Below, piece after piece: positions 37,447 through 47,551 of a stretch of 55,155 nucleotides of DNA (the stretch's first letter is position 1; each line of letters begins with the position of its first letter). A program made the position numbers and the translations under genes. This DNA is from Neophaeotheca triangularis. Lineage: Eukaryota. The DNA is taken from positions 124,001 through 179,155 of the forward strand of contig BAAIJX010000046.1 in assembly GCA_054600435.1 (NCBI GenBank). Reading direction: 5' to 3'. The notes under the pieces are model-generated. The model was not told the origin of the DNA, did not search any database, and worked only from the letters and a program-made list of their open reading frames with translations.

Positions 37447-38529
37447 GAAAAACTGTGTAGATATGTAGGGACTTTCATATCAAAGCTGGCACTGTAAGGG
37501 CGAGGGACGGGAAGTTGACAGCCAAACCGCCAACCACCAAAAACCCTCGGAATTACTGGAAAGCGCTTTTCCACATCCCCTCTTACCACAACCCCTTGCC
37601 GTCATCTCTCCCGTAAGTAATGACCGCCGCTCGAAACCTTGAAAAGCTACTGCAGTCAAATACGCGACTTCCAACACCGCACTCATCTCGACCACACCAC
37701 CAAAATCCCCCAGAACAACGCTCCACGGACCCAAGCCGCCGCTTTCCAGCCCCGTCGTCCGTGGAAGGGGACCGGGCGAAGCGCTCGTGAAGTCGGGTCT
37801 TCAGTAGCGCCGGGAGGCCAAATCCTCACTTGCACGTTGTGTGGAGGAAATAGTCTACGGTACATGGCCAGCACGATGGACGCGGTGCCGCCGGGAGGTG
37901 GTCTCGCTGGCTCCGGCGCGTGAGTGAGATGTCTCTCTGTTGATGTCGGTACTCCCAGTGGGCAGGGCGTGGGCTGTGCGGGGCTCGCGGATGTTGTGGT
38001 TTCGGGGGGGTTGGCTGGAAGATAGTGGCCGGGGAAATTGGGTTCGAGGCAGTTCGACAGCGGTAGTAGGGGTGTTTGGCTGCCCTCGGCGAATTGTTCA
38101 TGCGGAATGGGGGATACTCGGGGGTGTCAAAGAGCAGTAGGTATAGCCCTTGGAGCTGCGATGCAGGGCTCAGTGCGGAGCGGTGACGATTACAAGATAT
38201 TGCCTGGAGGCAATACCTACATCTTGTCTAAAGTTCAACAGTTCACGACAGTCACGGACAATGGGACGGGAAGATTTTTGTTGCAAACCGCAAAGTCCGC
38301 GTTTTCTTAATAATACTCATGGTTATACACATGTTTTTGGCCTCTCTGCGCCCTCGCCTCGCGTGAAAAACAACAACAATCAGCGCCTCCCATGCCTATT
38401 TGCCGCCCGGGGTATCTCGCAGCACGCATCGCACGTGACTGATCATGCGGGTATCGATGCTAGTTGGTGCTAAAGCACCGGCAAACCCCAGTCCCCAAAC
38501 GCCTCGCAAAACCGCTTCCAAGAGTTGAT

Positions 38530-38616
38530 GATAATGATGTTGGTGACAATGGTGTCGTTGATAATGATGTCGGTGATAATGATGTCGGTGATAATGATGT
38601 TGTTGATGATGTCGGT
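38530..38616 (+). repeat. Minisatellite with a 15-bp unit (consensus GATAATGATGTCGGT), about 6 copies
   Basis: Units start at 38530, 38545, 38560, 38575, 38590, plus a 12-bp partial unit at 38605. Confidence 0.9.
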
Positions 38617-38634
38617 GATGGCAACTCCAATCTC

Positions 38635-40557
38635 TTAGGAAAGGTCGCCAGCCTCAAAGGCCTCGGGGCTGAAGTACTCGACGCGGACTTCAGCGTTGGT
38701 CTGCCCGTCGCTCGGCAGCATGTCCTCTGTGAGCAAGTCGCTTTGCTTGCTTCCATCTCTTTGGATGGCGGAGAGAGCGGAGACAGGCTCCACAAACTTG
38801 AGGTAGACCTCGTTATTGCCGCCTTGGGCTTCGGTGCGAATCTTCACGCGCTCGATGCGACCGCAGCTCTTACTGAGGACTTCGGTGATTTTGCCAAACA
38901 GGTCGTGGTTGAGCTGTTGGTCTTCGACGTTGAGGTAACCGGCAAGGAGGTTGGTGAGGCGGACTACGGGGCCGGTGAAATCCTCTTCCTTGCGTTGGTT
39001 TGCGTTGTGGATCCTGCCGATAGTGCGCCCAGCTGCTTTACTGGCGGTCTTATCAACCAATTGGTTGATGAATTTGGCGTCACCAGACAGGTCTTTGCCG
39101 AGACCCTTGCCCTGCTCGTAACCCTGTTTGGCCAGTAGCGCTCGAGCATCAAACTTGGGCTTCTTGACTGGAGCAGGTGCAGAGAAGTCCTCTTCCGTCT
39201 CAGCCTTTCGCTTCTGGTCAGTAATTGCCGGGATGGCTGACTCTGCAGCTTCCCTGAATCGATTCGAGTCTGCTTCTTTCGCAAGGTCGTCGTCCGTCAT
39301 ATGGTCGCTAGCCGCATGGCCCAATCCGCTACTGCGACGGGAGAAAGCCTCCTCGTGATCGTCCTCATACCCCTGGTAACCCATTGGTGGCTGAGCGAAC
39401 GGGACTTGGTTGGAAGCGCCGAGAGCACTTTGGCTCATGGCTGCACGAGCCGCGAAAGCGTCCTCCCCACTAGCATAGGCATGCTGAGTGTAATTGGCAA
39501 CCTCATGAGTTGCGGCAGGGCTTGTTGCTGCAGAGGTTGCAGCGGCAGGGGTTGTGGCATCGCTGTCGCTGGCTTGGTCGCCCATGCTCAACGAAGTATT
39601 TCTGTTCGCACTTCGAGCCTTTTTCGCCTCCCAGTCTGGATCGTGCTCCTCCTCAAACGGGGCGTGCGGGCTTGCGAGCCATGGCTCGTCTTTGAGGATC
39701 CCCCATCTGGGGTGTGTGACGAAATCGATGTACCGAAGCTTGCGAAGCTCGTCGTGCTCTTTCAAAGTGAGATCGCCATAGATTCTCTCGCGGAAGAGAT
39801 GCTTGTGTTGCTTCTCCATGTACGAACCTTCGTACCTCTCCGGCTTGGAAGGCCTGGAAGGATCGTAGGGGGCGTCCCATGAGTACAAGTAGACATGGGG
39901 GTTCTGCTGCTGCTGCTCACGCTCCGCTTCTGCCGCCTTCTCTGCCTTCTTCCGCTGCTTCTCGCTTATTTTGTGCATGTTAGCCTGGCGTTCGTACTCT
40001 CTGTCGATGTCTGTATTGTAGAGGTTGGCTTTGAAGTCCTCTTGGTTGTACCTGGTCGAGGTGCTTTCAGGCTCTGTCAATGCCATAGTGCCGTTGTCCT
40101 CGGAGGGAGTGATCGTCGTCTGCTCCGCTCCATCGCCCTCGGGGGTAGCGAGCTGGTCCGCCGGCGCACTCCCGTCGCGCGCGGCGGCATCGGCGTTGCC
40201 ATTGGCGTCCGCGTCGGAGACGGGAGCCGGGCTCTTGTTGGAGGAGATCATTCCTCCCATCGTGCCTCGTGCGCTTGGGCCGCCTCTTGTGTTGCCGCGA
40301 TTTCCTCTGGCGCGAGCGCGCTGGTTGGCTCTGCCGCGCGTGAAGGAAGGCTGGAATCTCGTAGCAGCCGCCCTCTGAGCCTGCTCTACGTCCCGTTGCC
40401 TCTTCTCTCTTGCCTGACGATCAAGCTCTGCTTGACTGGGACGAGGTGGTGCATTAGTGAAGGTTTCGCGAATAAAGCGGTCGTGCTCCTCGTTGTTGCG
40501 CGGGATCGCGGGCTTTGCTGCCGGAGCAGCGTCCTCCTTGGGAGGTTGGTCGGCCAT
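38635..40557 (-). CDS. SPF45/DRT111-like protein (SPF45 box, G-patch, C-terminal RRM/UHM), divergent
   Basis: WDAPYDPSRP (SPF45-box-like), G-patch ARALLAKQGYEQGKGLGKDLSG, RRM VVRLTNL...GRIERVKI...VYLKFVEPVSALSAI. Confidence 0.78.
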   Translation of the reverse strand: MADQPPKEDAAPAAKPAIPRNNEEHDRFIRETFTNAPPRPSQAELDRQAREKRQRDVEQAQRAAATRFQPSFTRGRANQRARARGNRGNTRGGPSARGTMGGMISSNKSPAPVSDADANGNADAAARDGSAPADQLATPEGDGAEQTTITPSEDNGTMALTEPESTSTRYNQEDFKANLYNTDIDREYERQANMHKISEKQRKKAEKAAEAEREQQQQNPHVYLYSWDAPYDPSRPSKPERYEGSYMEKQHKHLFRERIYGDLTLKEHDELRKLRYIDFVTHPRWGILKDEPWLASPHAPFEEEHDPDWEAKKARSANRNTSLSMGDQASDSDATTPAAATSAATSPAATHEVANYTQHAYASGEDAFAARAAMSQSALGASNQVPFAQPPMGYQGYEDDHEEAFSRRSSGLGHAASDHMTDDDLAKEADSNRFREAAESAIPAITDQKRKAETEEDFSAPAPVKKPKFDARALLAKQGYEQGKGLGKDLSGDAKFINQLVDKTASKAAGRTIGRIHNANQRKEEDFTGPVVRLTNLLAGYLNVEDQQLNHDLFGKITEVLSKSCGRIERVKIRTEAQGGNNEVYLKFVEPVSALSAIQRDGSKQSDLLTEDMLPSDGQTNAEVRVEYFSPEAFEAGDLS

Positions 40558-42119
40558 GGCGACGGAGACCGGAGCGCGCAAGTGAGGGAGAGGGAGGGAG
40601 AGGGGAGGGGGGAGAGGGGAGGGAAGGTAGGGACAGGGGGTGGAGGAGGGAGAATAGGGAGCTGGTAGTACTGTTTGTCGTCTGTGAATGTTTCTGGAGC
40701 TTGTGAAGCTTGTTCTGTGGTGGTGGAGGAGCTTGGTGGAACTTTCACATGTGAAAACCAGTTGGAGTGGGGAAGAGGAAGAAGGCAAGCTCGCAATCGA
40801 TTCGAGCGGGGCTTTTGTCAGTGGGCTTCCCCTAGCGCCGGGAGTAAGCGAGATATGCCAAGTGTGACAGAAGTCTACGTTGCTAGCCTTAGGCATGTAT
40901 CAAGGTTCCAGGTTGTCAGCGACGAGGTTCGACGTTGCTTTTTGGAGGTGAGGACCACACCACAGTGAAGCTCTAAATCAGCAGCAGTGAGTTGCCGAGT
41001 GATGGCAGATCAATGTACTAGTGACTTACGAGGGACGCGACAACGAAAAGCCAAGTAACAAGTATCGAGCCCAAGCAGTAATCACACAGTGAAACGAACC
41101 AAAAGATAATGTACATATCTAGGAGGTAGGGATACGAGCGGCGAATGAGCCCAGCAATACTCCTACCCATCGAATATACACCGTGAACATGGCCAAAGCG
41201 AAAAGACTCTATACGACGAGTGAGCAACGCAAGATCCACAACCACCACCAGCGTCCCCACCAATCAACGGAATACCACCCAAGTCTCTCGAATCCCCGAT
41301 GGTTCCAAGACAAAACCTCCTTGACCCATCAATAGAAGCCCAATCGACCTACACCAACACGCATAGCGAACAAAACCCAGCCATCACCGATGAACCAGCT
41401 CCACGCAAACGAAACCCGCAAGCCCTAGCCCCCCAACAAAGCGACTCACTACAAAATCTCCCTCGAAAAAAGAAAGACTTCTCCAATCCCCTTCTTTCCC
41501 CCATTTCCCGTCTTGAAAACCAAAGTTGAGAAATACCCCCCGACGAAGCAAAACAAAACATATATTCTCAACAGTGACACTTTCCCAGCTCGCTCTACTA
41601 CTACCCAGAGCCAAGGCTTGAGTCCTTCGATGGATTGATAGACGACCCCTTGTCCTCCTCGAGCCAATTGCGCTGACCGTCCGCGCTCGCCTGGGTAAAC
41701 TTTCTCCGCGGTTGCACTAGACTTGCTGCGAGTGGCAAGAGCGATGAATGGAAATCACGGGGTTTCCTTAGATTTCGCCGGCCGGTCGATGGCAAGGCTG
41801 CTGACATCGAGTGCGGGATTCGGGCAAGAGGCGTTGTTGGGCTTGATGGGAGCGATAGGGGACATGTTGTTGGAAGCGCCAGAGCAACGTCGAGCGAACC
41901 TACCTTACCGTTCGTCTGGTGGCGATCGGTGACTTGATCCCTTCCAAGATGTGAGAAAATGATCAAAAAGATACCGTTCCCAGACGACTACTCCTGCGCA
42001 ACCCAAACGCCTCGCTCCCATAGACTCAACCACGAGACAGACCTCCATCATAACAGCATTGAAATGCACAACACACACCAATCCCGACCTCGCTCCGCAC
42101 ATGTGCAGCCAGCCCACCG

Positions 42120-43700
42120 TTACCTCAACGTCCGCATCTGCACCTCCTGTACTGGCATCCTCCCCGCACCTTCCTCCCAATTCTCATTCCCATCCCCACT
42201 TGCTTCCAGCAAACCCCTCTGACTCTCCTCATCCCCCCTCTCCCTCCCACCACCACCAGCAGCACCCACCCCCTCCTTCCCCTCGACACTCCCGTCCCCT
42301 TTTTGCACGGCAACGAAAATCGCCGACCCGAGAATGAGACTACTGCCGATAATAGACATCCAGCCGGGCGAGTGGCCAAAGATCAGTTTGTCAAAAGCCA
42401 GCGCGAAGAGCATCGAGGTGTAAGTCATGTTTGTGGCGCGCGAGGACTTTTCGTAAGAGAGGGCGGCTGCGAGGAGGAATTGCTGTGGGACGACGGGGGA
42501 GTGGTCAGTTGAGAGAGCGTGGTTGGGAGGTGGGAGGGCTGGGCTTACCATGACGAAACCGCAAGTGCCGAGGAAGAAAAGAAGGCCCCATTCTTTGAGG
42601 GTTTTCGGGAGGACGAAGCCGATGGATGGGAGGGCGATTTGCATGACCAGGCTGACGAGGGTGCACCAGGCGGCGAAGTAGTTGACGGAGATGAGGGGGT
42701 GAGCGCGCTTGCCGATCCAGCGGATGGTCGTGTAGGCTGTTACGGACCCACAGACGCCTAAGAGGGCGAGACCGACGGCTCCCAGACGCTCGGTTGGTGT
42801 TACATCAGAGTAGTTGGAAGCGTCCGAGTCGGCAGGGGTGGTGGTCGAGTTGCTGCCGGGGGACATGTCGTCGTTGCCGCTGGCGGGTGGTGTTTCGTTG
42901 CCAACTTGAAAGAGGGAGGTGGGGCGGGCGATGAGCACGACGCCGACGAGGGAGACGAGACAGCCCCAGCGTTCGATGCGCGTGAAGGGCTCGTTGATGA
43001 GGATGGAACAGGCCCAGCAGGCTAGGCCGGGCGAGAGGAACGTGATGACGGTTGCGTCCGCTAAGGGGAGATAGAGCAGCGAGTAGTACATTCCGAACAC
43101 GCCGAAGAAACCTCCGAAACCTCGCGCCACGAGCAGCGATCTTACTTGCGGCATGCCTAACGGGAAGTAGGGGGTCTGCTTATACCACATGTAGCCCGAA
43201 GCGAGGACGAGGGTGATGGCCATGCGGGCGAAGAGGATTTGCAAGGGATGCATACCTTTGCCCTCGTTGCCCTCGACTTCGAGCAGGCGAGTCGTTACAT
43301 TCATCATGACGCCAAAAATTTGAGCCAGCAGCATAAAGGCAAGCCCCTTGTTGCGGATCCATGCTGCGTGAAGCTTTGATCTCCAGCCTCGACTATTAGA
43401 AAAAGATGGTTCTCGATTGAAATCTTGAGCGGATCTTTGAGGCGCTATCTGATCGAACTCGTCGGCGGAAAGGTTGGACAATGCGTCCGGGGAGACTGGC
43501 CGGATGGGGCGCGATGGGGGAACGGGGAGGAAGCCATTTGACTCTGCAGCCGACTTGGACGTTGCATTGGGTTGAGGCGTTGCGTCTCGCCCTCTATCTT
43601 CTTCCAAATAGTAGGTGTCGTCTGTTGTGTGGGGTTGAGGGGATTGCCGTGATGTGAAAGCAGGCCTGTCCGCCTCCGACTTGGGTGGCGAGAGGCTCAT
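42120..43700 (-). CDS. EamA/DMT-family membrane transporter. Intron 42548-42483
   Basis: MHPLQILFARM, LVARGFGGFFG, LPLADATVITFLSP, GVVLIARP, TIRWIGKRAHPL, about 10 TM helices. Confidence 0.9.
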   Translation of the reverse strand: MSLSPPKSEADRPAFTSRQSPQPHTTDDTYYLEEDRGRDATPQPNATSKSAAESNGFLPVPPSRPIRPVSPDALSNLSADEFDQIAPQRSAQDFNREPSFSNSRGWRSKLHAAWIRNKGLAFMLLAQIFGVMMNVTTRLLEVEGNEGKGMHPLQILFARMAITLVLASGYMWYKQTPYFPLGMPQVRSLLVARGFGGFFGVFGMYYSLLYLPLADATVITFLSPGLACWACSILINEPFTRIERWGCLVSLVGVVLIARPTSLFQVGNETPPASGNDDMSPGSNSTTTPADSDASNYSDVTPTERLGAVGLALLGVCGSVTAYTTIRWIGKRAHPLISVNYFAAWCTLVSLVMQIALPSIGFVLPKTLKEWGLLFFLGTCGFVMVSPALPPPNHALSTDHSPVVPQQFLLAAALSYEKSSRATNMTYTSMLFALAFDKLIFGHSPGWMSIIGSSLILGSAIFVAVQKGDGSVEGKEGVGAAGGGGRERGDEESQRGLLEASGDGNENWEEGAGRMPVQEVQMRTLR

Positions 43701-43897
43701 CCTCTAACATCGAGACGATCCGGGCCAGAAGGCAGGAGGTTTCTAAGGATAGGTGATGGCAGAGAATGTTGTTGGCCAGGTTCTAGGAGAAGCGGAAAAG
43801 ACTGATCAAGTGGGTAGGAAAGTGGACAAAGAAGTGGGAACAGTAGATGATACCTTAGCAATGGTTACGGTCCGTAAAGAATGGATTGGCCGAGTAT

Positions 43898-43928
<31 letters not shown>
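43898..43928 (+). repeat. (GTA)n microsatellite
   Basis: Read directly. Confidence 0.9.
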
Positions 43929-44241
43929 GAAGCACCAAGAGGGAAGTGCGGTCTCTAGTAGGTGACTCAGCCTGTCTACCGGGTCTAGGTACCAACTTAG
44001 TCTTGCATACGGTAAAGTACTGTAGGCAGTAAGTATTGTACGAATAGGGAAGGAGAGTTACGAAATCCTCAAGGCTTATACCCGGCGAAGGTTTGCTGCC
44101 CGGCTCAGGCTAGGTACCTAACTTGTACAATAATGATGGCAGTGGAGGTAGGACTTCTAGAGAGCACACGAGTCGGGTCGTTGGATTGAAGAAAAGACGA
44201 CTCGGACCCACCCCCACTCGTTGGCGTGTATAATAATGTAA

Positions 44242-44348
44242 TGTAAGGTAAGGTAAGGTAAGGTAGCTAAAAGTAGTACTCCCGCTGCATCTTGCCGACC
44301 TTTCCTGCTTGGTACCTACCTACCTACTACCTACCTACTACCTACTAG
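44242..44348 (+). repeat. (TAAGG)n and (TACC/TAC)n short tandem repeats
   Basis: Read directly: taaggtaaggtaaggtaagg and tacctacctacctactacctacctactacc. Confidence 0.8.
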
Positions 44349-44560
44349 TATTTTATTCTTCTTCTTCTTGTTCCCGGTGCTCGATGCTGAGTGGGTGGAC
44401 CGTCCACCGTGTCGCCGTGTGAGTGTCGCGCGCGTCTTGTCACTCACCGAACAGCGCTAGATGGCCATACACTACCTCTAGTACTCGACCATGTGCCACG
44501 CGTGAACGCAACCTTGTACTGTAACTATTTGCTCTGTACGCCTCCGGGGGCATGCATCTC

Positions 44561-44579
44561 TGTGTGTGTGTGTGTGTGT
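44561..44579 (+). repeat. (TG)n microsatellite
   Basis: Read directly. Confidence 0.9.
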
Positions 44580-44834
44580 TAAAGAAAGGAACTTGGGCTT
44601 GGCCTCGAGCATGGAAAAGCCTTCCGAGGTGCATTTCCGGCTATTCGGTTGCAACTTCTCGACTGCAGTACCTCCTACCACCTGTAACTTATACTAAGTC
44701 AGTACCCGTATGTCTACCTAAATCAAGAGTGTCAGCATCACCTCGCCGTCGTCGACACCGCGTAGAAAACCCCTTCAATAATATCCAACCAAATACAAAT
44801 ATAGAAAAGAATAGACCAAAACCTTTCCCTCACA

Positions 44835-45371
44835 ATGGACTCACCAGAAAAACGCCACCTAGCTGAACGCCTCCGCACCTCCTTCACCACCATGACCCCG
44901 ACAGAACGCATCGAAACCTTCATCGCCTTCTTCGAACCCGGCTCCACCGACGCCCGCTTCACAACGCCCTTCATGACGCAAAACCTCTCCCTCATCTCCG
45001 CCACCGTCCTCTCCAAAACCAGCTGCAAAGTCATCTTCCGTTTCCCCGTAACCCGTCTCTACTGCAACACGTCCGGCAATTTGCACGGCGGCGCCCAGGC
45101 CACCATCTTCGACATGCTGACGAGTATCTCGTTGACACCGATAGCGACGCCCGAGTTTTGGATGAATGGCGGCGTCTCGAGGACGCTGAATGTGAGTTAT
45201 TTGCGTCCCGCGCCCGAGGGCGAGACTCTCGAGTGTGAGTGTGAGGTTGTGCATGCGGGGAAAGCGCTGGCGTTGATTAGGGGCGTTTTCAGACGCGTGA
45301 GCGATGGCGCTGTCGTTAGTACTTGTGAGCATCATAAGGCTGCTGTTGTTAAGAAGGAGTTTAAGCTGTAG
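44835..45371 (+). CDS. PaaI/ACOT13-like hotdog-fold acyl-CoA thioesterase
   Basis: CNTSGNLHGGAQATIFD, GVSRTLNVSYLRP, VVHAGKALA, CEHHK. Confidence 0.9.
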   Translation: MDSPEKRHLAERLRTSFTTMTPTERIETFIAFFEPGSTDARFTTPFMTQNLSLISATVLSKTSCKVIFRFPVTRLYCNTSGNLHGGAQATIFDMLTSISLTPIATPEFWMNGGVSRTLNVSYLRPAPEGETLECECEVVHAGKALALIRGVFRRVSDGAVVSTCEHHKAAVVKKEFKL

Positions 45372-46503
45372 GGGGAGGGTTTGTGGCGAGAGGGCGGATT
45401 TTTGGCCAAGGGGTTGGTGCTGTCGAGGGGTTTGGTGTTCCGATCGGATTGCTAGTAGAGGATTGGACGTTTGTATTCGATTGCTGGCTGAGGATTGGAC
45501 GTTTGTATTCAATGGGCTAGTCGGGGTGAGTAGTCTTTGGCGTCTCATTGACCAATTCATGACCAATTCAGGACGCCAGAAGAGTATCCACCCGTCCCAT
45601 AATAGCGACATCCCTCAGCGCCTCCGGAAGAGCCTGCTCGAAATGCTCGCCGCGCTAGATTTAAAATGCAGCGCCGCCTTAGTTAGATCAGCTGGAATGA
45701 TCGCCCGGTTCATCCTGCTAAACTACGCTTGTGCCACTGATTGTAAAGCCCAAGACAAAAGGACGACATCGAAAGATTGAAGAGACGAAGTGCTATAACT
45801 AATCTACTCCAGAGGCCAACACCAAAAATATCTTCCCATCGGCTTCCTAGCAGGAATTGATTTTTGCCCGGCAGGTACATGTTTGGCTGCCCTGCTTCGA
45901 AACCGTGTGGGTACCTCGGACGAGGGAGCGGTAGTAGTCTTCCATTCAGACATCAATGGCTAGAGCCGGGGACGATCTTTTAGCGACGGACGAACGTGTC
46001 AACCTCCAGCACTACACGTTACTCATTTGGTCCATAGGTCGACACCACACTGGGCTCACAAGCTGTTTGCTTGTGACGATAGCTTCGGTTCTGGGGGTGG
46101 GAATGCTACATACGAGCCACGCCACGTCTGTAACGAAGTCAACACTGCATGTTTTCATGTTTCAAAGTAGCACCTCCAATCATGAGTACCGCAAAGCCTT
46201 TGCTTATCAGCCTTACCTACCAACCCGGCTCCTCGGATCTCAACACAACCTTAGAGGACATCGCAAGAGCTTAGCAGATATACCAATGTAAGCGTGCAAA
46301 GAGGACATCAGTAGAAGGCCACCAGTAACTTCTTCCCGACAAGCAGAATGTGAAATCTGAAAGTAACTGGTCTTCCTTCTTTGACACAACACTTTGAGCC
46401 ACTGCTCGACAACAACAACATCGCCTACCTTTCGCAGACCTACCTCTGCAGCACCGATCACCAGAACACTCACGGAACCATACAAAATCTTCTACAGGCC
46501 ACC

Positions 46504-47095
46504 ATGTACTTCAACGACCGCAAGTCCTACAGAACAGCAGGTCGCGTTCTCTACACGGGTCAGTCAACTAGTCTTCTCTCCCATCCAATAGCCCCAGCCC
46601 AGCACCGATGAATTCTACTAAATCCCACCTGCAGCCAGCGATTCCGACTCCAGCACCGACTCGGACAACAAATCGCGCAGCAGTTTCGAAGACATTGGCG
46701 GCCCAAAACCCTCTCCTCGAGGCATGTGGTCGAAAAAGTTTCGCAAGACCCTCGAGCAGGACGAACCGCCCTTGACGCCCGTGGCTGGCGTTTATGACGA
46801 GGGTGCTGGATCTAGCTCTGCTGCGGACGGGGCTGATGGCTTGACGCAAGGCATAGTTGCGAGTGCGGAGGCCGCTGAGGCGGCGGCCACGGAGCAGCTC
46901 GCGATGTCTGGCGCTGGGGCTGCCACGGCCCGGAAGGCGGATGTCGAGCCTGGTAAGCTTGCCGGTGTTGCTGAGTCGGGCAGTGGTGATGCGGTCTGCG
47001 TGGCGGCTTCGGTTTTGGTGCTGCTGATGATCTTGGCGATTGGCCTTGTTTTGTTCGGAGCTAGATTTTGTGTTGGGGCTGCTTGTCAGGGGTAA
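46504..47095 (+). CDS. Hypothetical small tail-anchored membrane protein (approx. 171 aa). Intron 46559-46634
   Basis: ACCATG start context. The GTCAGT...TACTAA...CAG intron joins exon 1 in frame to the downstream ORF. Single C-terminal hydrophobic helix. Confidence 0.65.
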
Positions 47096-47551
47096 GGGGT
47101 AAGGGGAGGGTTAGGTGGAGTAAGGGAAGTGGGAGGGAAAGGGCAGAGATTGGGAGGGAGGCTAAACATCGAGCGTAATTGTGGGCGCCAGAAGTGTAAT
47201 CATCGTCAAGTACTGCAGCAGCGATCGAATGTGGTGTTGGGACCTGGAATGTCCTCGAAATGATTGTGAATGTTGAAGTCGAAAAGAGAGCCACTTTAGA
47301 TACGCGATGGTCCGTGCGGAAAACGCGTCTATTAGATAGATGAAAGCTTATCTGACACCTTATCTACCTCCTCCACGTCAATCTCCACCTGGGCATCTGC
47401 ATCTCCACCTCCCTTCCCAGTGCATGTTCAGGCACACCGTTCCAACCGCGTGCATTTGCCTCTTCCACTCGCTGGCTTCGTCGTACTGAACAACCTGACC
47501 ATCTCTCTCACCTTCAACAACACCACCCAGGCTGCTATACCTAGCCGAGAC

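Noticed and set aside
38530..38616. Repeat array as CRISPR-like
   Set aside because: Contiguous tandem units without spacers, in eukaryotic DNA
41640..41900. GC-rich segment as RNase P/MRP or another structured ncRNA
   Set aside because: I could not find the conserved P4 motifs or snRNA/snoRNA boxes by eye. An Infernal search would be needed
36158..45371. Transacylase, transporter and thioesterase as a secondary-metabolite cluster
   Set aside because: No PKS, NRPS or other backbone gene. MCT1 belongs to mitochondrial fatty-acid synthesis, and unrelated housekeeping genes lie between them
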